NCBI GenBank assembly: GCA_965112735.1
Contig: OZ218952.1
Coordinates: 3,348,001 to 3,412,000, forward strand
Source: Phaeosaccion multiseriatum
Lineage: Eukaryota > Protista > Ochrophyta, other classes
DNA: 64,000 nt
Reading direction: 5' to 3'
Shown here: positions 12,122 through 26,834 of the stretch, piece after piece
How positions within the stretch are numbered: the stretch's first letter is position 1
Layout: each line of letters starts with the position of its first letter
Notes under the pieces: generated by a model
What the model saw: only the letters and a program-made list of their open reading frames with translations
What the model was told of the DNA's origin: nothing
Database searches by the model: none
Made by a program: the position numbers and the translations under genes

Positions 12122-15011
12122 TCACAGGCAGCACAGTGAGATGAGCACGGCAAGAGGCCACAGCGAATGGAAAGCGCGCATTAGATCGGTCGTCGGTGGC
12201 GTCGGAGAGAGAGAGGACGCAACAAAGGCCCAATTATATCTGTCGCCGAGTCTCTCGGTTGTGACGCGTTGAACCCTTCCCTTCCCTCCTCTGTCTTCCC
12301 AGCTCTTGGCGCGACTATCGGCCACCACTCTCACTGGACCGAAGGGCGCATCGATTTGTTACTCACTTTGCTCTCGCGCACGATCCGCGGCTGCCGTGCG
12401 TGCAGGAGGTACCCTCCTCGCAGCGCAGAGCGTGTGTCATTGTCGCTCGCGTGTCGTGACAGCTCGGGGTCAAGGGGCATGTCTGCGCCTCGTCCTTGTC
12501 GTCCTTGTTGTCCTTGTTGTCCTTGTTGTCCTTGTTGTCCTTGTCGTCCTTGTTGTCCTTGTTGTCCGCCTGCTGGGCGGACGGTGTGCCCCTACCCCTG
12601 TCTTTGCCGACAGCCCGGTGGGGCGTTGCTGTCTTTTGTGAGCAGTTGCAAGCCGATGCAGCCCGGAAGCTGTGCAGGAGTTGGACCTGCCAGCCTGAGG
12701 GAAGGGGCGGTTCCTTCTGCTCAGCAGGTGTGTCACCCGCAAAGAGAGAGCTGTGCCCATCCCTTTTCGATCGTAACTCGCCTGCTGAGGAGATGGACTC
12801 CTTTTGCGGCAAGCTCTGCGGCGGCCGGTCCACTCCTTCTCGTCCTGACGACGCGGAAGAAGAGGCTGGGGCTGCTGAAGAAGAGGCTGGGGCTGCTGAT
12901 GAAGAAGAGGCTGGGGCTGCTGATGAAGAAGAGGCTGGGGCTGCTGATGAAGAAGAGGCTGGGGCTGCTGATGAAGAAGAGGCTGGGGCTGCTGATGCTA
13001 GACTCGCTGCTCCGCCTTGACGCGAAAGAGGAGGAGGGTAGACGGTGCCTGCTGGCGCCCGCCTCTCCAGCTCGACGAGGAAGTCTTTGACGGGAGAGTC
13101 GGGCACGTTGGCCAGAGTGGGGCTCTCCTCTTGTGCCCAAGGCACGGTATTGACGGCGAGACCCGGGCTCAGAGGCGACAGCTGCACAGACCCAACCTCG
13201 GCCCCCTCCTCGTCGGACTGCGGCTGTTGCTGTTGTAGCTGCCTTAGCCCCCCCTTCCCGGGATAAGATCGCGGTGACTGGGGCTGCTGTGTCGCCAACT
13301 CCTCCCTGTCAGGCAACAACTGTTGCTGCTGCTGCTCCTGCTGCTCCTGCTCCTGCTCCTGCTGCTGCCGTGGAAGATGATCATCATCATGATATGCGCC
13401 TGGGGTCTCCCCGAGGGGGAAGAACTCCGCCTCCCCCGCCAAGCAAGCAGCCCTCGCAGCGTCCTCGAAGGAGGGTGCACTGACCTCGGGGAGGAGGGCG
13501 GCCAGCTGCGCCTCCTGGGGGGAGTGGTAGGGGGCAGCGGTTGGTGATACGGACCAAGGACGGTCCTGCAGCAGCTCCCCCAGAGGAGACGGTGGGGCCT
13601 GCTCTGCTGTCAGAGGGGACAGTGGAGCGGTAGCACCCCCCCCGCCGCGCCCTTCCGCAGCGACTGTGGAGGGCCCGGTGATCACAGACGCTGTATGACC
13701 AACTGTTGCTGCGCTCCGCTCCTGCTGCTGAGGCTTCGAACGCTGCCGCGGCGTTCGCGTAGTTTGATCCATGCTGTCCCCTTGCGGGGTCGCGCTCGCT
13801 GAAGCTGCCACTCTCGTCACTGCACCACTCGTGCACGCATGGGCAGCCTGAGCAGCCTGAAAAGCCTGAGAAGCCAGTGCCCGTGTTGTGTCTTCTCCTG
13901 CGTGCGTCACTGCGACTGGCACTGGTACTTCCCCTGCCCCTGCGGCCCTTGGCTGCGACTGGGATGATGCCGAGGCCGGAATGGTGTCCGCTGCCACGGA
14001 GCGGGCCCTTCCCTCGTCCACTTCCTTCTGATGGCGAGTGGGACCGCAGCTCACGCACTTGTCGCCGTCTTGGCAGTCCGCAAAGTGGGCGATAGCTTGC
14101 CTGTGTATGTGGTCCAAGTGGGGGGGGGGGGAAGGGAATGGCATCAAAGGGCAGAGGGAAGCACACAATGATTGACGGGAGAGGGATGGTATGGCCGCTT
14201 GCTTCGGCAGACCAATGTTCTGGCGTCCATAATCCAAGCAAGGTCCTAAACAGAGTCAGAGCGATACTCTAAAGCATTCCCTCGAGGGCTGAGCCTCGCC
14301 CCCCCCCACGTGGATTGTCCTTAACAAGCCCCTCCCTTCCCTACGTACGTACCGCGTGAGTGCGCAGCCCGGGGTGGGGCAGCCCTCGGCCTCGCAGTTA
14401 GAGCAGTGCAGCCACAGTTCCCTCATGCCGGCACAGTACGGGTTACGGCACGCAACCGCTTTAAAGCAGCGCCCTGCGTGATACAGGTGCCAGAGCCAGT
14501 CTCGGAGGAGCAGCTCGCTCTCTCGACCTTGGGCGTGGGCGCGGGTCTGGGCCTCCGAAGAAGGACTCTCGTGACTCCTGTCGCTCCTGCCATCGCTCAG
14601 CGACATGGAAGGCAGCCGGTACTCGTTGCGGGGCGTGTCGAGCTGCGCGAGAAGAAGTTCCCCCCCCCCCTTGTCTAAAGTGCCCTCCCTGAGGCGGCGC
14701 TTGAGGCGACCCAGCAGCTCCGCGCGCCTCGACGCCCTCTTCAGTGCCCAAACCCTCCACTGAAAGCTCCACCATAGGTGCAGCGGCAGGATGGTGTTCG
14801 AGACGGGGGGGTTGCTCTGCAGCTTTTGTGCCTGCTTCTCTGCCAGCCAAAGCCTTCCTGCGGCGATGCGGTTCATAAGGTCTACTTGTGTACGGGTAGG
14901 CTCCGTCGCAGGGGCGGATGAGCGAGGGGGGCCTGCGTCGATGTCCGGGCTTCTCGTACCTTCATTCTCCTGCGGCTCTTTGTGCTGCTGCGACCGCTCT
15001 GGTTCCTTCAT
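12122..15011 (-). CDS. TAZ zinc-finger protein (one clear TAZ domain and a second degenerate TAZ-like domain, with long disordered linkers)
   Basis: LWHLYHAGRC..ACRNPYCAGMRELWLHCSNCEAEGCPTPGCALTR|QAIAHFADCQDGDKCVSC is joined across a phase-consistent intron (~14101-14352) and has the H-C-C-C x3 TAZ pattern. A second Cys/His cluster is CPLTPSCHDTRATMTHALRCEEGTSC. The 3' end (12363 or a final exon to 12122) is uncertain. Confidence 0.7.
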
Positions 15012-15585
15012 AGCCAAGCCTATAACTATGTTTCTCTTCTGGGGACCTTTGAAAACAACAATACGGCAGTAACCTGATTGCCGGCCCGCGGAGCCAACCT
15101 CTGAGGCAGATAGCTGGCGGGCGGGCTTTGATTGTCCCTCTTGCTCCAGGTACCGCTACGTGTATTTTCTCTCTCTCTCTCTTTCCCTCCCTCTCTTATG
15201 GGCTCTCGTCAATCCGCGGAGGCCTCTGGAGGCCTCCCCATCTTTTCCTCCAAGGGGGGGAGGGGGGCTCCAAATTCCTTTTCCCTTTTTCCCACCATGA
15301 GCGCACTGGTAGGACGCACTCTCCGCAGGGGCAGTAGCCTACAGGTGCCCATTGCTCCCAAGTGGAACAGTCGGATTGGAAGGTAGGAAAGAAGGGACGG
15401 GTGGTGAGGTAAACTGCTTCAAAGAGGGGACCTTCAGGCGGGCGGGGCCCACAAGGCGGGGGCTACACCCTGCCCTGGGGCGGACGGCGGGGGGGGGGTG
15501 GCTGAAAGGACTGACGGAGCCTTTTCCTTTGTGTGATTACAACCTTCCTTTCCCCTTCCTTGACACCAGCTCCCGAACCAGCAAG

Positions 15586-15983
15586 ATGCTCAACATGCAT
15601 ATCAGCGAGAAGGACAAGAAGCAGTTCGTCTCGGACCCGGCAACCTACCCCATCGTTGTCATTATTGGCGGAGCCATCGTCTTCGCTGTGGGCTTCATGG
15701 GCTACAAACTGACCTGCAGCCCGGTGGGTAGGGGTTGACTCTTCTTTCTCTCTTCGTTCACCCCCTCCCCAATCCCCTCTCACGTTCTGTGCCCCTCCCT
15801 CTCTCTTATTGCTGCCCCGCCCTCTTGTTGCTGCTCTGCCTATCCTCTCTGCTGTAGCCCCTCTCCCCTCCGTTCGCGCTACTGGTCTGCCCCTCCTCTT
15901 CCCCCCTTTGTCCACCCCTCTCCTCCTAGGACGTGCGTCCGATTCGTTCGGAGCGATCGAAACCGAGAACACCGAGCTCTTAA
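15586..15983 (+). CDS. B12D / NDUFA4-family protein, copy 2 (exons 15586-15723, 15930-15983)
   Basis: MLNMHISEKDKKQFVSDPATYPIVVIIGGAIVFAVGFMGYKLTCSPDVRPIRSERSKPRTPSS*. Same exon-1 length (138 nt) and intron position as copy 1. Confidence 0.8.
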
Positions 15984-17354
15984 GTCCCCCCCCCTCAAGT
16001 GTTTTGTTTTCTTCCTTCGCTGCAGCATCCCTCCCGCTGTGAGCCTCTCCTCACCCTCTTGAGCTCTTCACTCGTCGCGGAGAAGCGAGGGGAGGGGATG
16101 GAAGGGCTGTGGGTCGGACATCCACCTCTCTCCAGCAGCAGTGCACTACCCCCCTCACGGTGGAGGGAAGGCCTTGCCCAGCCGTTGGCGTGGCGGTTTT
16201 GGAAGGGGCTGACTGAGAGGATGAGGGCGATGCCAACCGTATCGCGACGGTAGTTGGTTTAATTCGAGGGGGGGGACGACCGCCCGTGACGGTGGGGTTT
16301 GGGCGCGCAGTGTGCGGGTGAAGGTTGCCTTTGGATAAGGACCGGGCGAAGGACGTTTGAGCAGGAGCAGAATCAAACACTATACGGACAGGGAGGACAG
16401 GGACGGAAGAAGAGGCAGCTGCTGCTAACTGCACTTATCAGTGCATGCCAAACAGAGAAAAGAGAAATTCGCCTGCCACCAGCCAGCCACGCCTGTCGCT
16501 TGTCTTACTCAAACACACTGGCTCCGCTCAAAGTGCCGCTTCGCATTCACAATCTTCTTTTGTTGCTCTTCGACACGGCCCGGCCGAGCGGGTTAGGACC
16601 GTGGACGTCTGCAGCGAGCAGGCAGCAAGTCTCTGGAGCGCGAGAGGGACTACCGTTGAGGCCCCTGACACACACACACAGACCTTTTCGTGGTGGTTCC
16701 CCCAGGTGGGGGCACGCACAAGGGAGCATCGTCAGCACTGTGTTGGGAAGTCACTCCGCACCGTCTGAAAGAAAAGCCACACAGCACACACCGCTGCCGC
16801 ACTACCTCAGAAGCCGGGACACTTGGACTCCATCGTAGGAAGAGCTCTTGCATCGCCCTGACGTTCACGGAGTCATCTGCGTCTCCTTTCGATTGGCCGG
16901 ACTTGTTGCTGCTGAACCGCTTCAACGCGCCCCTCGCGGAAGACTCACCCTTGTCACGTAAGTATCACGTAAGCAGGCGCTGTGAATGGTCCTTCTTCTT
17001 CGCCTGCTTGGAGCATGCTCCTGCCGTATGGCCTGAGCTCTCCACTCACCACTCGTTCGGGGTGCCGTGCGGGCCGTCGGAGCAGCAGCAGGAAGACTGG
17101 GAAGCGTCCACGGTCCAGGCGTATTCACACACACACAGGCAGGCAGACAGAAGGGCCTTTTGCTGCCATCGTGATGCTCCTACCGCCTATAGGTCAGCCT
17201 CGCGCGGCAAGGCCCACATACGCGATAGCATGGAGGCATATCGACACGCTTGCTCTCCACCCGTCCGTCCCTGCCCCCCCTTTCGCTCTGGGCCTTCGCC
17301 ACGAGCAGCGACCAGAGCCAACAAACGCGAGACGAAAGTCAATGGGCAGCCTTG

Positions 17355-17550
17355 CTTAGCTCAGCAGCTCACTTGGAGCTCACCTCTGCTCGGCTCTGGC
17401 CATGTTCCTCCGCTCTGATCAGGTCAGTTCAGCCCATCCCACAGCTCTGCTGCTGCTCTGCTCCTGCCCTGCCCCCCATTTCCCTTCACCTCAGCTCTGC
17501 TCCACTCAGTTCTGCCCATATGCCTCGCATTCTGCTCAGCTCTGCCCCAT
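17355..17550 (+). repeat. Degenerate (CTCTG/CTCAG)n pentanucleotide tract
   Basis: Repeated cagctctgct / ctcagttctg motifs downstream of the Cys-rich gene. Confidence 0.5.
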
Positions 17551-17561
17551 ATACCTCCACT

Positions 17562-20366
<2,805 letters not shown>

Positions 20367-21149
20367 AAAGACCTTCTGTTGCTTCGCCAGTAGTGGTTGA
20401 ACAAGCCTCGTCACCTTCATACCTTGCACACCGTACCTTCTCCCTCCACAGCCTTCCACTCCTACCCCTACCTGGTTCCGTAGGGTTTGCAAGCTGTGAA
20501 TTAAAGGAAGCCCAAATCCCAAATCCGAGAATCAACCGCCAGACCAGAGAACTGAAACTGGACGCTGTACTCACGAGAGGTGCGACGCGACACTGAATTT
20601 GAAGCCCGCCAGGGGGCGGGGGGAGAGATGGTTGTTTTGGAGCAAAGAGAGCATCTGGTGGTGAGGGGATCGTAGAGAGAAAGCAGAGCCGGGTGGGAAG
20701 GGACATGGATCCGTACAGGTGAGAGGAGGATGTGGCGGCGTGTCCAGGGGCCGAGTTTCTTTCATCCAAAAGCAGTCTCCCGCCCTTAAGCCGGGTCTCC
20801 CGCCCTCCCTCCTCCTCTCTACCATAACCCTCTCCCTGTCGTCCTTAACATCTCTTCATCTCCGCTCCCCTCCTTTATCTTCCATCCTCTCCTCTCCCTC
20901 CTTCCCGCCCCACTCTTGTCGTCCCTGCCTCCCCCCACCTCCTCCCTGGCATTTCCCTCGCCACCGTGCGGGCCGTCGAACGATGCCACCCCCTTCCTGG
21001 CTGTATCCTCCTTCTTCTCGCTCCTTCTCTCTTCCTTACCCCCCATCTCTCCCCTCTGTCGGCGCCTTTTACTTGCCCCCCGAAAATGTTAGGTTCCAAT
21101 CTTAAGGAGACACACACAAGAAGAGAGCGAGAGAGAGAGAGAGTAGGCC

Positions 21150-22214
21150 ATGTCCCCCAAAAAGAAGCATAAGAAGGTGCGGGGGAAGCAGCACCACGAG
21201 AGTGGGTTTCCAGACTTTCCTTATAATTTCCATGACGGGGCAGGGTCCCGCCTAGACAGAGAGACAGAGGTCCGTCTCAATAGCATACGGACGCCTCCCT
21301 CAGGGAACAAGCAGAAGAAGCAGTTTGGTCTTGGTAATAAGGGATCTGGCCCCGCGTCTTCTGGTTCCCTTGGTTATAAGGGATCAGGATGTTACAAGCC
21401 TGAGAGAACGAACCTCGCACCGAACTGCGGAAGAGCAAAGCCTGGACGAAATGTAAGTAGAATTCGATGATTGGGAAAGGAGCAGGTGTAATCAATGAAG
21501 GGAGTGAAATGCACAGGGGCAGAGGCCGCCTTGAGGGAGGGCAAAGAGGTGATGCTCTGCTTGAATATGTTTTTACTACAAGTTGGTAGTCAGAGGATTT
21601 TGGTAGAGACATGCGGGGGGGAAGGGGGGGTAGTGAACACCACCCTGTCGTTCAGAGTGGTCACTGTGGGCAGGACAGTGTGAACAGTGGCTGTGGGACA
21701 TGTGACTCTTGTGTCTTCTCTCTCTCTTCTCTCTCTTTCCCTCTTTCTCTCTGAATATCTCTCCAAGTGCACGTGTCGTGGCTCCTTACGTAACATTACC
21801 CAGTGCGCCGTGACTTGGTTCCTCACGTCCGTCACTGCCGTCTTGCCTCGCGCTGCCCCCCTCCTTCGTGCCTCCCCCCCCCCCCACCGCCACGCCTCCT
21901 GCCCGCCCCCCCCTTCAGCTCGATCAGTATCTGCAGGTTAGTAGCGTTGTCACAAACGAAGGAGACGGATATGGCTCACTGAATAGTGCAATTGTGTAGC
22001 ATTATTGCGAGAGGGGTGGGATGGACTGGGGGGTATAGACAGACGTGTGTTACCTAGGCGGCGGTGTGGTGGCCGGAGTGCCGTCTCGGATGCATGTCAT
22101 TGGAGGAACGACAGGCGTTTCGTACGGTGCAAGTTCCCCCACCCACACGAAAGGACCAAACCTTTGAGAGGAGGGTTCTAAGCTCCTGTTGTTGTTGTTG
22201 TTGTTGTTGTTGTT

Positions 22215-22278
<64 letters not shown>

Positions 22279-25200
22279 CGTCGTTGTTGTATGGTAAACC
22301 TTCTACTTTCGAAGGCAACGGGCCGTGATGCTGGAGGTGGTCGGGGGGCTCCTGCCAAGGTAGGGCCTCCTGCGAAGGTTGAACCGGGGTTTTCCCTGAA
22401 GAGCACAGCACCGCAACCGCCTGCAGTAAAGCGCAAGAGCAGCAACAGTTACAGCACAACGTTCACTGTGCCGCGGAAAGCCTCTAGCACGAACGGAGGA
22501 GGGCAGCAGGGTGCGAGGTCGTCGTCGGGGAATGGTACGTTCTTGCAAGCCTCCGCGGGTTTGCGGAAGCATGAAGCAGGGGCAGCAGCAACAGCAGCAA
22601 GGCATGGTCCTTCTGAGGGCAACGACTCCTGGAGAGGGAGGGGACACACCGGTGGGCGGTGGGCGGGGTCCACACGTGTCGCTGATGATAGCCTAGACCC
22701 CGACTCCTCCTTCACGTCCTCCAGAGGGGCGACGGTCCTCAAGAACAGGAACTTTTTGGACGAGCAGAAGAGAGGAGGAGGAGGAGGAGGAGGGGGGGGG
22801 GGGGGAGGGGGAGGAGGAGAAGGTGGGAGAAAGAATCTGGCATTTTCTCGGAGAATGGTGGCAAAGAACAGGGGGAATGGTAGAGGAGCGAATGTACAGC
22901 AGCAGCAACAGCAACAGAAGCAGCAGCAGCAGCAACAGCAGTCATATGGGAAGCTCCCCCTTCTGTCGGGCAGTGGCGGAGCAGGGAGTGGCCAAAGCCG
23001 CAAGCGACAAAGGCCTCAGGGTGGGCAGGGCCAGGGCCAGGGTCAGGGTCAGGCGCGGAGCCGACCTAGACCCCACGATGATGTTAACTGGGAGTACCCA
23101 CAGGCCAAGAGGATGCAGAGAAGGGCCCGCAAAAAGCCGGACGTCGTCGGAAGCTCCGCGGCAAATGCATGGGAGATCGACGACTCCAGTGAAGGGGAAG
23201 ATGAAGATGATGATGATGCGGAGGAGGAGGAGCAGCAGGAGGAGGGGGGGGGGGAGGGGGGGGAGGTGGAGGTGGTGGGTCAGGCTGGCCGCGCAGCATC
23301 ATCCACCGGGGGGAGGCAAGCCGTCGACGTTGACATGAGCTCGGTGAGAGAGAGGGAAAGTGAGATGTATTATACAGTCCTCTCCAATGGAGTCCACGCA
23401 GTCGGCGAGCAGTCGTCGTATGCTCACACACGCGCCCACCCACTCAGTCACTCGCTCACTCACACACACTCACTCACTCACTCACACACTCACTCCCTCA
23501 CTCCCTCCCTCCCTATCTCCCTCGCCCACCCACCCACGCACTCCTCCCTCTCTCGCCCACTCGCTCACTCGCTCACTCTCTTCCTTTCACCTGTCATGAC
23601 TCTAGCCTGTGGGAATCGAGGTAGAAGAGGAATGCGACTCGCAGGCCACAGAGGCAGACTTTGCTGTGCGGCCCGCCCTCCCGGGGAATAGCATCAAGGT
23701 CAGTGGGGGGAAGACAGGCAGGCGGGGGAAGAAAGGCACCGTCGTCGTTTTCTGCCGTCCTTTCCTCCCCATGGTCCGGTCCTCCTCCCAGTCATACTTC
23801 GTACTTCACACTCACTCACTCACTCACTCACTCACTCACTCACTCACTCACTCACTCACCCACTCTCTCACTCACTCTCTCACTCACTCACTCACTCACT
23901 CCACTTACTCACAGCAGCACGGACGAATAACGAACGGCTCCCAACCCTCTGCAGTCAGTTCAGTTCCTCCACTCACTCCCTCCTTTGACTTTACGCCCTC
24001 TCTCTCTCTCTCTCTCTCGCTGTCTACCACCCTCTCAAGTTCAAGCCGTATAAGGTCGCTCTTGGCAGCTCGGTCCACAAGGAGGTGGGCTTCCTTTGGC
24101 GCTTCGCTCCATGGCAAAAGGCGTTCTGGTTTGAATCCACGAGACTTGGACTCACGAGGGCCACGACAAAGACCGAGATGGGCGCCGTGACGTATCACGG
24201 GTACGTCACTGAAAGGGCTGAGCTGACGAAAGGCGATGAGTAGTGATCTTCAGAGGCGATTGGCTTGCGCCATGAGGAGCTGGGGGGGAGAAGAGGCTGA
24301 CCTGAAATGAGGGGCACGATGGGAAAGGAGAAAGGAAGGGCAATGCACCTGTCTTGACCCCCCTCCTTTGATACCCAACCCCGCCAACCCCCACCCCTTC
24401 CCCCGATACTGGACTGTTTATTTTATTTGTGTGTTTGTCGTCCTGCCTGCGTGTGTGTGTGTGTGCGTGCGTGTGTGCGTGTGTGCGTGTGTGTGTCGCT
24501 AGATGGGACGTGAAGCCCGCGATGGAGCCTTCCGGAGACTCTGAGTGGTCGCTGGCCCTCTCGGTTCGGCCCGACAGCCAACTCGTGCAAGTGCTGCGGG
24601 ACAAGCTCGGAGGAGGGAGCGGAGGAGGAGGAGGAGGAGGAGAAGGAGGAGGGGATGGGGGGGGGGGGGAGAGAGGGGGGGGGGTGTTCGTGCCCGTGCT
24701 TGAAGAGGGCGAGGACAAGGCAAAGGCCCTGCAGGAGGGCAGGCAGGTGCGTGCGTGGTGCGTCGCGGGTGATGGGTGGGTTGGGTGGGGGTGTGCGTGC
24801 TTGCGTAGCGATGCGCAAGATGGGGCGAAGGAGGGGCACATGAGGTCGAAACGGCACCATCTCTACTGTACTGTACTGTACTGCACTGCACTGCACTGCG
24901 GTGTACGTAAGGAGGGGCGTGACGAGGTTTCCAAGAGGAAGAGGGGCGGCGGGGACAGGGGGCAGGACAACATTTCCCCTTTGCGGAGTCACCTCTCTGA
25001 AGTTTCATTTCTCCCCCCTCCCCTTCGGCCTCACCCACCCACCCCCACCCACCCTCCCTCCCTCCCTCCCTCCCTCCCTCCCTCCCTCCCTCTCTTTTGT
25101 CTCTCTCTCTCCCTCTATTCTCCAGCTGATAGTGCTGACTTTCCTCGGAAAGGAAGGCGAGAAGTGCAAGGGGGAGTGGGACAAGTACTGCAAGGCAACG

Positions 25201-26793
25201 TTCTGTGAGGTTTGCCCGAACTATGGGGGTGGCCGTGGGTGCGGAGAGGAAGATAGCGAAGGGCCTGCTGTATCACCAACTGCTGCTGCCGATGGTGCTG
25301 CGGCTGGTGGTGGTGGTGGTGCTTCTGCTGCCAGTGATGAGGATAAGGGTGGTGCTACAGCTGGCGCCACTGCTTTACCACCAACTGCTGCTGTCTCAGA
25401 GGGGGCCGATGGCAAGGCAGGGGGCGCAAGAGACGCGACGCAGCAGGTGGTGATACAGCCGACAGAGAGGAAGAAGCCGTCTGAAGCGGGGTACTTCTAT
25501 GTGGCGTATGAGAGGCACGACGAGGAAATGAGGAAGCGGAAATCCGAGCAGCAGCAGAAGGAGGGGGCGAAGCGGCTGCGGGATGACGCGGCAGGAAGGG
25601 CAGGAACCGAGGCTGGGACGGAGAAGGAGAACAATGGGGCCAGCAGCAGCGGAAAGAAGAATACTAAAAGCGCCAGCAGCACCGACGATGACGCGGCGAC
25701 GAATGAGTAAGTACATCACCTCCCTCCGCCTTTGCCTCCCCCCCCCCCACTCCGTCGTTTTGCACAAATAGACTCCCTCTCTCTTTCTCTTTGCTCCTCC
25801 CCCTCCTCCTCCTCCTCCTCCTCCTCCTCCTCCTCCTCCTCCTCCTCCTCCTCCTCCTCCTTCTGTAACTGTGACTGTGCCGCTACAATCGCGTCGAAGA
25901 TGCCAGTGGATGGTTGACTGACTGCGTTATACCCCTCTTGTAGAGAGGCACCTGTCAACCCGCGTACCGTGCCTTTCCTCCTCACGCCTGCCCCCACACC
26001 CCCTTCCCCCCTTCTTCCCTCCCTCTCTCCCTCCCTCCCTCCCTCCCTCCCTCCCTCCCTCCCTCCCTCCGCTCCCTCCCTCCATCCCCTCCTCCCCGCC
26101 CCTCCCCTCGCCCTCCTGCCCCGCCCCAGGTCCGCCCCCCGCCGCTCTAAGCGACAGCGCAGCGTCGGTGCCCGGACCGGAGCGGGCATTCTTGACGAGG
26201 ACAAGGTGGTGTTCACGTACCCCTTCGGCAGGAAGGCCCTCGACCCCATCAGCATCACCAATGGAGACATGCGACGGACCCTTCCCGGAGAGTTCCTGAA
26301 CGACAATCTCGTAGACCTCTATCTCAAGTGAGTCACATGGCTGTGTGTGTGAGAGAGAGAGAGAGCGAGAGAGAGAGAGAGGGGGGGGGGGAGAGAGAGA
26401 GGGAGAGAATGGCTGTGGGTGGGCGGGCGGTGCGTGTATCTGTCTCCTACCTCTCTTGCCCTCTCTTGCCCTCTTGTACACCTCACATATCACACGTCAC
26501 ATACCCACGCATCACACCCTCGCCATCCACTGCCACCCCATGCATTCGTTTGCCCCCTCTTCAGATACATGTCCAACGAAGAGCTCAAGGGGCTGGAGGA
26601 TGGCAGCGGACGGCTCAAGAGGGAGCAGGTCCACTTCTTCTCCTCCCACTTCTTCACCAAGCTCAGAGAGAACGCCCCCGCCAAAGGAGGGGACTTTAGG
26701 GTAGGCGATTACGTCGTTCTCGTTCATCCCTAGCGACGGCATTTCTTGACTGACCACCCCACCCCCGCCCCAACCCATGACATTCATCGACTA

Positions 26794-26834
<41 letters not shown>

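Noticed and set aside
12670-12720. WW domain (PPLPSGWQ) in the TAZ protein
   Set aside because: No following YY/NH..T.W motif and no suitable splice donor.
16299-17418. Intergenic ORFs (179 aa, 242 aa), and likewise 11246-12272
   Set aside because: No recognisable motifs or splice structure. Expected by chance in GC-rich DNA or antisense to UTRs.
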